NCBI GenBank assembly: GCA_021324235.1
Contig: JAJPJM010000154.1
Coordinates: 83-64,082, forward strand
DNA from: Verrucomicrobiota bacterium
GTDB lineage: Bacteria; Verrucomicrobiota; Verrucomicrobiia; Limisphaerales; UBA11358
Length of the DNA stretch: 64,000 bases
Direction: 5' to 3'
The translations under genes were made by a program, and so were the position numbers. The notes beneath the pieces are model-generated. The model was not told the DNA's origin and ran no database searches. It saw nothing but the letters and a program-made list of their open reading frames with translations. Shown here piece after piece: positions 18,165 through 27,282 of the stretch (position 1 is its first letter; each line of letters starts with the position of its first letter).

Positions 18165-20417
18165 CTACTGGTTGGGATAGGTCGGCGCGTTGGTTTGCGG
18201 GTAACCTTCCGGCGTTACCGGCTGGAATAAATTGTTCCGGGGTGGAGCCGGGGGTGACATCGGCTGGCCCTGCGTCGGTTGTGCGGGAGCTGGCTCCGGC
18301 ACGACTGCCGGTACCGGCACCGAATCAGGAACCACTACTGCATCCGGGGCGGGGGCCTCGGAAGGGGGCGCGGGCTGCTGCATTGCCTTTCGCAATTCCA
18401 GGCGTTCCCGTCTTTGCTCCGCCTGTTCGGCCTTGCGTTGTTCCACGTCGTCCTCCGCCGCGGCCTCGGAAATGCCCGGCAACCGCTGTTCCTCGGTCAC
18501 GGTCTGGGCCGCGGCCAATTCCGGAGTTTTCAAGACGGTCGGACGCATCAACACGAGCAATTCGCTGCGGGTCTTGTTGCTGCTGTGGCTGCTGAAGAGG
18601 TTGCCTAAAATCGGGATGTCTTGCAGCACGGGAACCCCGCTTCGATTCTTGTCATGTTCCGAGCGGATGAAGCCGCCGAGAATGATGGTGTCCCGGTCTT
18701 TGACGGCGACCTCCGATGAAAGCTGGCGTTTGTCGGTATTGGGTACATTGCCCACGCCCTGGATGAATGTGCTGCCATTGAAATCATCAATCTCCTGGCT
18801 GATATCCATCACCACCAGGCCGTTCGGGTTGATGAACGGGGTGACATCCAGCGAGATGCCCACCTGCAATTGCGAATACGAGGAACTGGGGCCGCCGCCA
18901 ATGCCGCTGTTGTAATAGACGCTGGTGACATAAGGCACCGTGCTGCCGACGAAAAACTGCGCCTCCTTGGCCTGCGACGTCTGAATGCGCGGACGCTGGA
19001 TGATGGAAACCGAATTGTCCGCCGCCGCCGCCGCCACGGCCACGTCCCACGTCGGCCCGAGGTTTCCGAAATAGCTGAGGCCGCTCCCCAGATTATTGCC
19101 AAAAACCGCGCTGTTGTTGGTGCCGAGGGAATTGTTCAGAAAATTAAAGAATGACTGCCCGTTGTTCATGCCGCCGCCACCGATGAAATTCTCGATAATA
19201 TTCGACGAGTTGCCTTGAAAGGTTTTGGGATTTTGCGCCACGGAAACACCGAAGTTCCACGAATTGCCCAGCGACACATCCATGATGACCGATTCAATCA
19301 GCACCTGCGGCAGCAGCACGTCCAGTTTGGCCACGATGTCCTTGATCGTCTTCATGTCCTGCTGCGTGGCATAGACGAGCAAGGCATTGGCCCGCTCGTC
19401 GGCGATGATTTTGGTCGGGCCGAGCAGCTGGATTTGATCCGCACCCCCGCTCGCCGACGCGCGCTGAATGATGGACTGCAATCGCTGGCTGAACGTGTTT
19501 CCCGAAGGGGCAGCCCCGCCCCCGGCCGACCCGAACGGCCGCGTCAGACCTGACTGGTTTAGACCACCACCGCCGCCACCAGGCTGATATTGATTTCCAC
19601 CACCACCGCCGCCACCGAGACGCCCCCCGCCACTGGGGGTGGTCGCGTTGCCGATGGACGAGCTGGAGCCACCCAGACTGTTTAACGCATTGGCAATGTC
19701 GTCCACCATCGCGTATTTGATCGGAATCACCTCCGAGATGAATTCCTCCGGCACAACCACATCCACCTTGCTGATAAATTCCAGCATCCGTTTGACGTTT
19801 TCGGCGTAGTCGCGAATGATTAAAATCCCATTGCTGTCGATCGGGAAAACCCCGTTGGGAATATTGGCAAACTGCTGCAACACGGGGGCCATTTCACTCG
19901 GCTTAATATATTTCAACTGAACGATGTGGGTGACGTATTGGCCAACGTCCGGCAGTTGATTGGCGGATTGGTCACTGAACGCCGCGCCTTCCGTGGCGGC
20001 TTGTGCCACCGGTACCGCCTTCACAAATTTGTCGCCGACATTGATCAGCGCGATGCCATTGAGCGCCAACACGCCCTGTAATGCCTGAATCACCTCACTT
20101 TTAGTCAAGGGGGTCTCCGTTGAGAGGACGATTTTTACCTGGGGCAAGCCCGCCCGCAACAAGGTGCGCCCCACGTACCGCGCATAAACGTCCAGAACCT
20201 GATCCACATCCACCCCTTGAAAGTTGATGTCGCCGGCCGGAACCATGGGTTCCGCCGCCGCCGCGGGAGTCGGCGATCCGGCGGGCGAGGTTGCGGCCAT
20301 GCCGCCCGCGGGGTTGATCGCCGGGGCCGCGGGAGACAAGGTGGGCGGCATCTGCGCGGGGAGGCCCAGGCCGGTTAACAGGATGAGCAGGATGAGCGGG
20401 GTCGTTTTCACAGTCAT
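18165..20417 (-). CDS. Secretin (GspD/PilQ family) with Gly-rich insertion and Pro-rich C-terminal tail
   Basis: Signal peptide, N0/N1-like domains, and secretin core IIQRPRIQTSQAKEAQFFVG...DVTPFINPNGLVVMDISQEI...SSEVAVKDRDTIILGGFI...GVPVLQDIPILGNLF...ELLVLMRPTVL. Confidence 0.85.
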   Translation of the reverse strand: MTVKTTPLILLILLTGLGLPAQMPPTLSPAAPAINPAGGMAATSPAGSPTPAAAAEPMVPAGDINFQGVDVDQVLDVYARYVGRTLLRAGLPQVKIVLSTETPLTKSEVIQALQGVLALNGIALINVGDKFVKAVPVAQAATEGAAFSDQSANQLPDVGQYVTHIVQLKYIKPSEMAPVLQQFANIPNGVFPIDSNGILIIRDYAENVKRMLEFISKVDVVVPEEFISEVIPIKYAMVDDIANALNSLGGSSSSIGNATTPSGGGRLGGGGGGGNQYQPGGGGGGLNQSGLTRPFGSAGGGAAPSGNTFSQRLQSIIQRASASGGADQIQLLGPTKIIADERANALLVYATQQDMKTIKDIVAKLDVLLPQVLIESVIMDVSLGNSWNFGVSVAQNPKTFQGNSSNIIENFIGGGGMNNGQSFFNFLNNSLGTNNSAVFGNNLGSGLSYFGNLGPTWDVAVAAAAADNSVSIIQRPRIQTSQAKEAQFFVGSTVPYVTSVYYNSGIGGGPSSSYSQLQVGISLDVTPFINPNGLVVMDISQEIDDFNGSTFIQGVGNVPNTDKRQLSSEVAVKDRDTIILGGFIRSEHDKNRSGVPVLQDIPILGNLFSSHSSNKTRSELLVLMRPTVLKTPELAAAQTVTEEQRLPGISEAAAEDDVEQRKAEQAEQRRERLELRKAMQQPAPPSEAPAPDAVVVPDSVPVPAVVPEPAPAQPTQGQPMSPPAPPRNNLFQPVTPEGYPQTNAPTYPNQ

Positions 20418-20989
20418 TTAGATTTTGCGGTTGGGTTCTTCAAATTGTCACCGGCCATGGCTTTTTGATAGCTGGCAATCAGCTGGATGTTGGCGTTGAG
20501 ATGCTGGCGTACGGGATCGGGTTGCAATTCCAGATCATGCACGCGAATCATGGAGGCATCGGAACCGAGCTTGTAAAGAAAATCCACCAGCTGCTGGTCG
20601 TTGGCGACGACATTGATGTTTTGCGTCAGCTCGACGAAAAATTCATTCGTGCGGGTTATCTGCCGGGACGTGCTAACAATGCCAACGCCGCTGCGCGTGG
20701 ATTGGGACTGAATGGTCTGGAGAAAACTGATGGCCTGGTCCTCCGGCGCCACCGTCCCGCCCTCGCCTTCCATTTTTTTTACCAGGCCCTGGTAATTGGC
20801 CGACTGCGCAATGGTGGTCTGATACAATAATTGTTTCCGCCGGGCTTCGGCCAGGCGATCCTTCAACCGGCTCCAATCCGAAAAGTGCGGCCAGACAAAA
20901 ATGTAATTCAACACAAGAAACAGGGCGACCATGACCGCCACCGCCAGCCGGCGTTCCAGCGGGCGCAATTGGGCGAAGAATTTTTTCAC
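20414..20989 (-). CDS. PilO/GspM-like bitopic assembly protein
   Basis: Single N-terminal TM (LAVAVMVALFLVLNYIFVW) then a coiled-coil. It sits between the PilN-like gene and the secretin, with 4-nt overlaps on both sides. Confidence 0.45.
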   Translation of the reverse strand: MKKFFAQLRPLERRLAVAVMVALFLVLNYIFVWPHFSDWSRLKDRLAEARRKQLLYQTTIAQSANYQGLVKKMEGEGGTVAPEDQAISFLQTIQSQSTRSGVGIVSTSRQITRTNEFFVELTQNINVVANDQQLVDFLYKLGSDASMIRVHDLELQPDPVRQHLNANIQLIASYQKAMAGDNLKNPTAKSK

Positions 20990-22368
20990 TGCACGTCCTC
21001 CTGCTTGTGTCGGAGCATAAGCGAAAATTGCCAGGTCACCGTATTGGCCTGCTGCCGAAAAATCGGGATCTCGTTGCCCGAGGTATCAAACATGGGTTGG
21101 CCATCGAGCGTCGCCTTGCGGACCGCGTTATAAAAATGATCGGTGATTTGGGTAATCTGGTCCGCGGGAACCGTTCCATTGAGGGATAATTGCTGGCCAT
21201 CGGCAAAACTCAGCCGCTGCAGTGAAATTCCCGCCGGCAACTGTTCGGCGACGATTTTCCAGCAGTTGAGCGCCGCGTACTTCAAATTCTGCCGTTCCTG
21301 GAGCACCTGGTAACGCGCCTGGAGTTGCAGCGCATTGGTGTAACTCCCGCTCAGCCCGGCGACCACCTGCTCGGCCTTGCCCGTCTGAAAGGAGAGAAAA
21401 CCAACCGCGCAAAAATAAATCACCACGCCGACCACGTACAACATTCCCGCCGTCGCCAGGCCACGCAGCCATAACCGGTCGACAAACTGCTGGTGGTAGC
21501 GCGCGGAAAATTCCGGGGGCAGCAGGGTGACTCGTGCATCACTGCGAGCGGAACGCCGCGCCGTGTGCGCGGCCAGTTCAACGAACGGCAACGGCCGGGT
21601 CGTCGTCACCAGCTCGCCCAGGCTGGCATGCAGGAGGCCTTCCCATTCGACCGCCACCTCACCGTCAGCCACCAGATGCCAGTTTGGCTTCGCGGTCAGC
21701 CAGCCTTCCAATTCGCCGGCCCAGGTCAGTTGTGCCAGCTGGTCCTGCAGGCTTTTCGCCCGGTCGCCGGTCTGCGACAAAACCATAAAGCTCAAATTCC
21801 GCAAGGTCCCGCCGAACCACCACGCCACCAGCGCGACATTCTGCCCGGCAAAAGCGGCGGGGTAAATCCAGGCGCCATCCTCCGTCGTAGGGGTGACTTC
21901 CAATTCATCCAACATGGGCGCCTCGAGCCGGTCGGCCAGATAACCCTGACCCTCCAGTTTGCCGAGAAATTCCTCGACCGCGTGGCGGGCGGCAATGACG
22001 ACAATGATGGTCTGCAAATTGTCGGTCGTGCGCGGCAACAGGTGGATCATCCACACGATTTGCGCCACCGGCAACGGCGACAGTTTTTCCAACTGCAATT
22101 CCACCATGGCCAGCGTCTCCTCAAAGTTGCTCCGGGGCAGTTCGAGGACACGAAGAAAAACGTTTTCCGGCGGCAACCAGGCGATGTTCAACCGGGGTTG
22201 CCACAACGAGCGCCACGACTTGGCCGCCAGATGGAACGGCACCAGTTCGCCGGCGGCGCCCGAGTGCTCGCGATTGAGCGCGAAACCATCGCCTTTGGCA
22301 TCAAACTGCCAGAGGCGGTACGCGTCGGTGCCGACGTGGAGGATGTTGCAGTATTGCCAGCGGGCCAT
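20986..22368 (-). CDS. PilM/GspL-like cytoplasmic domain fused to PilN-like TM/periplasmic domain
   Basis: N-terminal LPRSNFEETLAMVELQLEKLSPLP segment as in PilM/GspL. Central TM (GLATAGMLYVVGVVIYFCAVGFL). PilN-like C-terminal part. Confidence 0.5.
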   Translation of the reverse strand: MARWQYCNILHVGTDAYRLWQFDAKGDGFALNREHSGAAGELVPFHLAAKSWRSLWQPRLNIAWLPPENVFLRVLELPRSNFEETLAMVELQLEKLSPLPVAQIVWMIHLLPRTTDNLQTIIVVIAARHAVEEFLGKLEGQGYLADRLEAPMLDELEVTPTTEDGAWIYPAAFAGQNVALVAWWFGGTLRNLSFMVLSQTGDRAKSLQDQLAQLTWAGELEGWLTAKPNWHLVADGEVAVEWEGLLHASLGELVTTTRPLPFVELAAHTARRSARSDARVTLLPPEFSARYHQQFVDRLWLRGLATAGMLYVVGVVIYFCAVGFLSFQTGKAEQVVAGLSGSYTNALQLQARYQVLQERQNLKYAALNCWKIVAEQLPAGISLQRLSFADGQQLSLNGTVPADQITQITDHFYNAVRKATLDGQPMFDTSGNEIPIFRQQANTVTWQFSLMLRHKQEDVQ

Positions 22369-22401
22369 ATCAGGAAAAGTTTCGCAGTGGCGGGGTTGAG
22401 C

Positions 22402-24120
22402 TCACATGAGGGTGTCCATGTGTTCTTCGATCTGGGTGACGCGTAGAACCTCCTCAATGGTCGTTTCCCCGCCTTTTACCTTGGTCCAGCCGTCGGTGCG
22501 CAACGTGCGCATTCCCTGTTCGATGGCCTTGGCCGCGATGGTGGAAGCCGGGGCGCGGTTTAAAATCAACGGACGCATATTTTCATTCAGAATGAGCAAT
22601 TCATAAATACCCTTGCGTCCCTGATACCCGAACTGCCGGCAATCCTCGCACCCGGTACCGTGCCAGAATTTTGCAGTGTCGATCTCATTTTCGGGGAAAC
22701 CGATTTTTTGCAGATAGCCGCGTTCGACCTTCTGCTCCGACTTGCACGTCGGACAAATCGTGCGAACGAGGCGTTGCGCCATGACCGCTTCCACCGAGGA
22801 CGCCACCAGGAACGGTTCGATGCCCATGTCGATCAACCGCGTGAACGCACTCGGCGCGTCATTGGTGTGCAGCGTGCTGAACACCAAATGGCCCGTCAGT
22901 GACGCCCGAATGGCGATTTCCGCCGTCTCCAGATCGCGGATTTCACCGACCATGATCACATTGGGGTCCTGCCGCAGGATGTGGCGCAACCCCATGGCAA
23001 AGGTCAGGCCGATGTCCGGCCGCACGGCAATTTGATTGATCCCCTTGAGTTCGTATTCGACCGGCTCCTCAATCGTAATAATGCGTTTGTGCACGGAATT
23101 GATCGCGCTCAGAAATGCATACAATGACGTGGATTTGCCCGAACCGGTCGGACCGGTGACGAGAAAAATCCCGTGCGGTTTGATGAAGATATCGCGGATC
23201 ATCGCCTCGTCCTGCGGCGCAAATCCCAGTTTGTCGAGACTCAGGAAAATTTTCCCACGCGTGAGCAGGCGAAGCGAAACGCTTTCGCCGTAGACCGTCG
23301 GCACGGTCGAGACGCGGATGTCAATTTCCTCGCCCTTGATGCGGACATTGATGCGGCCGTCCTGGGGCAGGCGCTTTTCGGAAATGTTCATGCCGCTCAT
23401 CACCTTGATGCGCGAAATGAGCGCGGCCTGAAACCGCTTGAGCTGCGGCGGCATCGGCGTCTGATGCAAAATGCCGTCGATGCGATAACGAATCCGCAAC
23501 TCGTCCTCGGCCGGCTCGAAGTGAATGTCCGTTGCGCGGTCCTTGTGCGCCTCCCAGATGATCTGGTTGACAAACTTGATGACGCTCGCCTCCTGATCGT
23601 CTTCGGTGATTTCCTTGTCACTGGCAATTTCCAGTTCCATGGGCTCATTCTCACCCAGTTCGTCCAGCGTCTCGGCGCCGACGCCGTAGTATTTTTTAAG
23701 CGCCTTCTCGATTTCCACCTTCGGCGCCAGCGCAAATTGCACCGGGCAGTGCGCATCAAACCGCACCGCGTTCATCATCGCCGCGTCAAAGGGATCACTG
23801 ACCACCACCTGCAACCCGTCGTCGCTCACCGCCGTGGGCAGGACGAAATATTGAAAGGCCACCTTCGTGGAAAGTTTGTTCCGCGCCTCCGGCGGGATGG
23901 TGTGCTTGTGCAGATCCACGAACGGCCAACCGAGCGCATTCGCCAGTCGTTGCAGAAAGACGTCCTCCGCCAGGCCCCGCTCGCGCGCAATGAACGACAG
24001 CAACGACTCCGCAGAGCTGTTGTCCACCGCCGTGCGCCACGCCTTGCGCCAGTCGTCAAATTGAACGGGCGTCGCTTCAGCGACGGACGCGACCAGATTT
24101 TTTACCGAGCTAAAACCCAT
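22402..24120 (-). CDS. GspE/PilB-family secretion ATPase
   Basis: T2SSE_N-like N-domain. Walker A GPTGSGKST, Asp box, Walker B, His box, and tetracysteine CPTC...CEDC. Confidence 0.9.
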   Translation of the reverse strand: MGFSSVKNLVASVAEATPVQFDDWRKAWRTAVDNSSAESLLSFIARERGLAEDVFLQRLANALGWPFVDLHKHTIPPEARNKLSTKVAFQYFVLPTAVSDDGLQVVVSDPFDAAMMNAVRFDAHCPVQFALAPKVEIEKALKKYYGVGAETLDELGENEPMELEIASDKEITEDDQEASVIKFVNQIIWEAHKDRATDIHFEPAEDELRIRYRIDGILHQTPMPPQLKRFQAALISRIKVMSGMNISEKRLPQDGRINVRIKGEEIDIRVSTVPTVYGESVSLRLLTRGKIFLSLDKLGFAPQDEAMIRDIFIKPHGIFLVTGPTGSGKSTSLYAFLSAINSVHKRIITIEEPVEYELKGINQIAVRPDIGLTFAMGLRHILRQDPNVIMVGEIRDLETAEIAIRASLTGHLVFSTLHTNDAPSAFTRLIDMGIEPFLVASSVEAVMAQRLVRTICPTCKSEQKVERGYLQKIGFPENEIDTAKFWHGTGCEDCRQFGYQGRKGIYELLILNENMRPLILNRAPASTIAAKAIEQGMRTLRTDGWTKVKGGETTIEEVLRVTQIEEHMDTLM

Positions 24121-24218
24121 TTAAGTTGTTCAGTTTTTACCTGGTTATACCAACAACCACCGTGAAAAAAAGTTGCGTTTTGCGTGTTAAAAAACTGTCC
24201 GGTTCCACGCGACCAAAA

Positions 24219-24996
24219 ATGAGGCAATTTGCCGCCGTCACTGTCATCGGTCGTGACAAGATCGGTGTCGTCGCAACGGTTTACCGCCTTTCTGTTCGAG
24301 CAAAGGGCCGGCCTCGAGGCGGTCGAGGAACCGGTCACCCGGGCCGGTTCCGCACGACGCTTCAAACCTCATGGCTTGCAAGCGATTGCCATGCCGCCCG
24401 GAGTGCGCGCCGGGTTGAGCCAACCGGCACCGCAACCCCGCCTGGAAATCAAAACCCGGTTCACCCGGCCGGATCGCCGCCCGCGTTTCCCCACCATGGC
24501 TGCCACCACCCATGCGAAATCAAAGCCGACCCGGTGCTGGTACGGGAGGATCGCCCGACCTCGCGCCGCTCACTATAAAACTCAAACTGTTTGTCCGCAT
24601 CCGTGGAATGACCGTGCGTGGGCCGAAGTCGGTGCGTTGCGCCGCCCAAGGTGCATGAGATTGATTCCGTGACGCGCGCACGGTTCATGAAGATTCTTCC
24701 ACCCAACTTCGCGGGGCGGCCCGGAGGCAAGATCATCAACCTTCACTCGTCGATGTTGCCGGGTTTTCCGGGCTCACGCATTCGAAAGCAGAGTGAAGAT
24801 CACAGGCATCAGCGCGCACCTCGCCCCGATGCGGTTGGGTGAAGGGCTGATCACCACGCAGAGCCCGATTCAGATCCACTCCGGCATGACGTTCAAGGGC
24901 ATCGTCATCCGCGGTCGGCAACTCAAAGCCGGGGCGCCCATCAAAGCCCTGAAACTTTATCCCGGCAAATGTCTCGACGTTCATTGGGACCGGTAA
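24219..24996 (+). pseudogene. purU: Decayed formyltetrahydrofolate deformylase remnant
   Basis: Pieces in different frames. ACT-domain start MRQFAAVTVIGRDKIGVVATV (frame of 24219) continues as TAFLFEQRAGLEAVEE in the +1 frame. RARFMKILPPNFAGRPGGKIINLHSSMLPGFPG (compare ARFPNKIINIHHSFLPAF) is followed, in another frame, by VKITGISAHLAPMRLGEGLITTQ...GRQLKAGAPIKAL (compare GVKIIGATAHYV..LDEGPII). There are in-frame stops, and the middle of the gene is largely missing. Confidence 0.6.
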
Positions 24997-25196
24997 GAGA
25001 GGTTTGAAACATCCCTCGCGCAAAGGTCGCGCGCGCGGCAAACAAGGGTGATTCATCTTCACCTTCGCCCCCCGAGGCGCACAAAACCAACCGGCGCCGG
25101 TCTGGCATCCGAAACTTTCCCGAAAAATTATTCACATGGTTGAACCGATTTCACGCCGGCAGTGTCGTAAGTAGAAATACAAGAGGTGGGATTATT

Positions 25197-25757
25197 ATGA
25201 GTGCTATGGCAATAACCAAAAAGGGGCCTTTCGGCATGATTTTAAAGGCCGTGATCATTTACGACGACTTCGATTCCGCGGCGCATGCCACGGCCTTGTT
25301 GGAACGCGTTGCCCACCGGACCGACGTCGGCGTGAAGTTGGACATCAAGCCGTGGCGCTGCGATGTCATGAAACAACCGGCGCTGGCTGCGCTCACGGTG
25401 GCCGTGGCGGCAAACGCGGATTTAATCGTGCTCGCCCTGGATCGCATTCCTTCGCCGACGACGGAATTGCTGAATTGGCTGAAAAACTGGGCGGAGCACC
25501 GGCGGGTCAAGGATGCCGCCGTACTGGCGCTGACTACTGTCAAAAGCCGTTCGCAATCAACATTTTGGAACGAAATTAAAACGTTCACCACTGAACATGA
25601 CCTGACTCTCCTGGGAAATCACAACGTTCGGAATAACCGGCATTCCACGCCTCTGGCTCATCTTTGGCCACGACGGAAGCCGATGGATATACCGAGCTCG
25701 CGACCGGCTGTCACCGAACGGTTGCCCGTTCCACATCATTGGGGCATCAACGAATAA
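25197..25757 (+). CDS. Hypothetical protein (alpha/beta N-domain, C-terminal HWGINE)
   Basis: Track ORF 25140..25757. ATG at 25197 is preceded by GAGGTGG. The region appears lower in GC than its flanks. No recognisable catalytic motif. Confidence 0.5.
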   Translation: MSAMAITKKGPFGMILKAVIIYDDFDSAAHATALLERVAHRTDVGVKLDIKPWRCDVMKQPALAALTVAVAANADLIVLALDRIPSPTTELLNWLKNWAEHRRVKDAAVLALTTVKSRSQSTFWNEIKTFTTEHDLTLLGNHNVRNNRHSTPLAHLWPRRKPMDIPSSRPAVTERLPVPHHWGINE

Positions 25758-25773
25758 GTTTGTCTGGAGATTT

Positions 25774-25822
25774 GCTTTGCCGCCGCCGGAGGATTAGGCT
25801 TCGGAAGGCAAAGCTGATTTTG
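25774..25822 (+). terminator. Possible terminator after the hypothetical gene
   Basis: GCTTTGCC (25774-25781) pairs with GGCAAAGC (25807-25814) around an internally pairing loop, followed by TGATTTTG. Confidence 0.4.
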
Positions 25823-26015
25823 CGAGGCGCAGGAATTGCCGCGGCGGGATATCCGTCGCAGCGGCACGGGGTGGGCGAAATACCCGCAAAACGGTTGAGT
25901 TCACTCCGTGTCATTGTCTGAAAGGGAGCTGTTGGCTGGACCAGGGAAGTTTTGAATCGCAAAACCGGCAAAACCTCAGTGCGCTGTTGGAGTGGCGCGC
26001 AGAAAGGAAAAGACC

Positions 26016-26309
26016 ATGACAAAAAAATCATATCCAAAGACCAATCAAAATGGCCGGCACCAAACCTTCGCGTTTTCCGCACCGGATGCTGCCAGCGTGC
26101 AGTTGGTGGGTGATTTCACGCAGTGGCAGGAGCGTCCCATCAGCCTGCGGAAAGGCGTGGACGGCGTCTGGCGGACAACCGTGGAATTATCACCGGGCGC
26201 GCATCACTACCGCTTCCTCGTGGATGGTCAGTGGCGCGATGATCCCGAATGTATTCTACGTGCGCCAAATCCCTTCGGCAGTGAAGACATGATGCGGCAG
26301 GTGGCCTGA
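26016..26309 (+). CDS. Small glycogen-binding (CBM48 / AMPK beta-like early-set) domain protein
   Basis: [63 protein letters not shown] at 26016 is preceded by AAGGAAAAG. Confidence 0.65.
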   Translation: MTKKSYPKTNQNGRHQTFAFSAPDAASVQLVGDFTQWQERPISLRKGVDGVWRTTVELSPGAHHYRFLVDGQWRDDPECILRAPNPFGSEDMMRQVA

Positions 26310-26397
26310 GCCGGCGGCAAAAGGTACGGTCGCGAACGCGGTGTTGAAAAGGCACCGGCAGGTGGGGTATTATTTTTTCAAATCCGGTCATCAACCC

Positions 26398-27267
26398 ATG
26401 AAAATCGAGCCTCAAAGATTCCGCGTTCGCGAAGGCGAGAAGGTCAAACTCAGGAAATGGCCGACCAAGGTAAAGCCCTTCTACCGGTCCAAGGAAGATT
26501 ACCAGAAAATCCTCGCCGAGCACGCCCGGGCATTGAGCCGGCAACAGAGTCGGCTCTATGCCCAGAACCAGTATGCCGTCCTGCTGATTTTTCAAGCGAT
26601 GGACGCCGCCGGCAAGGACGGAGCCATCAAGCACGTCCTGTCCGGCGTCAACCCGCAGGGTTGTGAGGTTTTCAGCTTCAAACACCCGGGGGCCGAGGAA
26701 CTGGAACACGACTTTCTCTGGCGCACGACCGGCCGTCTGCCGGAACGCGGGCGCATTGGTATTTTTAACCGCTCCTATTACGAGGAGGTGCTCATTGTAC
26801 GCGTGCATCCGGAACTCCTTCGCGCCCAACAGATTCCGAATGACCTGCTGGATGAAAAGACAATCTGGGAGAAACGGTATCGCTCCATTCTGGACCTGGA
26901 AAAACATCTGCACCGCAACGGCACCTGCATCGTCAAATTTTTCCTGCACCTGTCCAAAAATGAACAGCGCCGGCGGTTTATCGAACGCATTGACGACCCG
27001 GAAAAAAACTGGAAATTCAGCCAGGCCGACATCGCGGAACGGAAATTCTGGAAAGATTACATGGAAGCCTATGAAGCCTGCCTCAGTGCGACCAGCACCG
27101 GGCACGCGCCGTGGTTTGTGGTCCCCGCCGATGACAAGGAAAATGCCCGGCTCATCATTTCGCAGATCATCCTCGATGTGCTCAACTCGTTGAAGCTGAG
27201 CTATCCCAAAACCAGCGCGGCGCACCGGCGGCAACTGCAGTCCATCCGCAAACAGCTTGCAAAATAA
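26398..27267 (+). CDS. Polyphosphate kinase 2 family protein (polyphosphate:nucleotide phosphotransferase)
   Basis: Track ORF 26341..27267. Walker A-like [26 protein letters not shown], and a lid region. ATG at 26398 (MKIEPQRF) is the likely start. Confidence 0.85.
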   Translation: MKIEPQRFRVREGEKVKLRKWPTKVKPFYRSKEDYQKILAEHARALSRQQSRLYAQNQYAVLLIFQAMDAAGKDGAIKHVLSGVNPQGCEVFSFKHPGAEELEHDFLWRTTGRLPERGRIGIFNRSYYEEVLIVRVHPELLRAQQIPNDLLDEKTIWEKRYRSILDLEKHLHRNGTCIVKFFLHLSKNEQRRRFIERIDDPEKNWKFSQADIAERKFWKDYMEAYEACLSATSTGHAPWFVVPADDKENARLIISQIILDVLNSLKLSYPKTSAAHRRQLQSIRKQLAK

Positions 27268-27282
27268 AATGCATTCCCCGCC

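Noticed and set aside
21493-24165. 317-aa and 330-aa plus-strand ORFs (21493..22446, 23173..24165)
   Set aside because: They are antisense to the PilM/N-like and GspE-type genes. Shadow ORFs.
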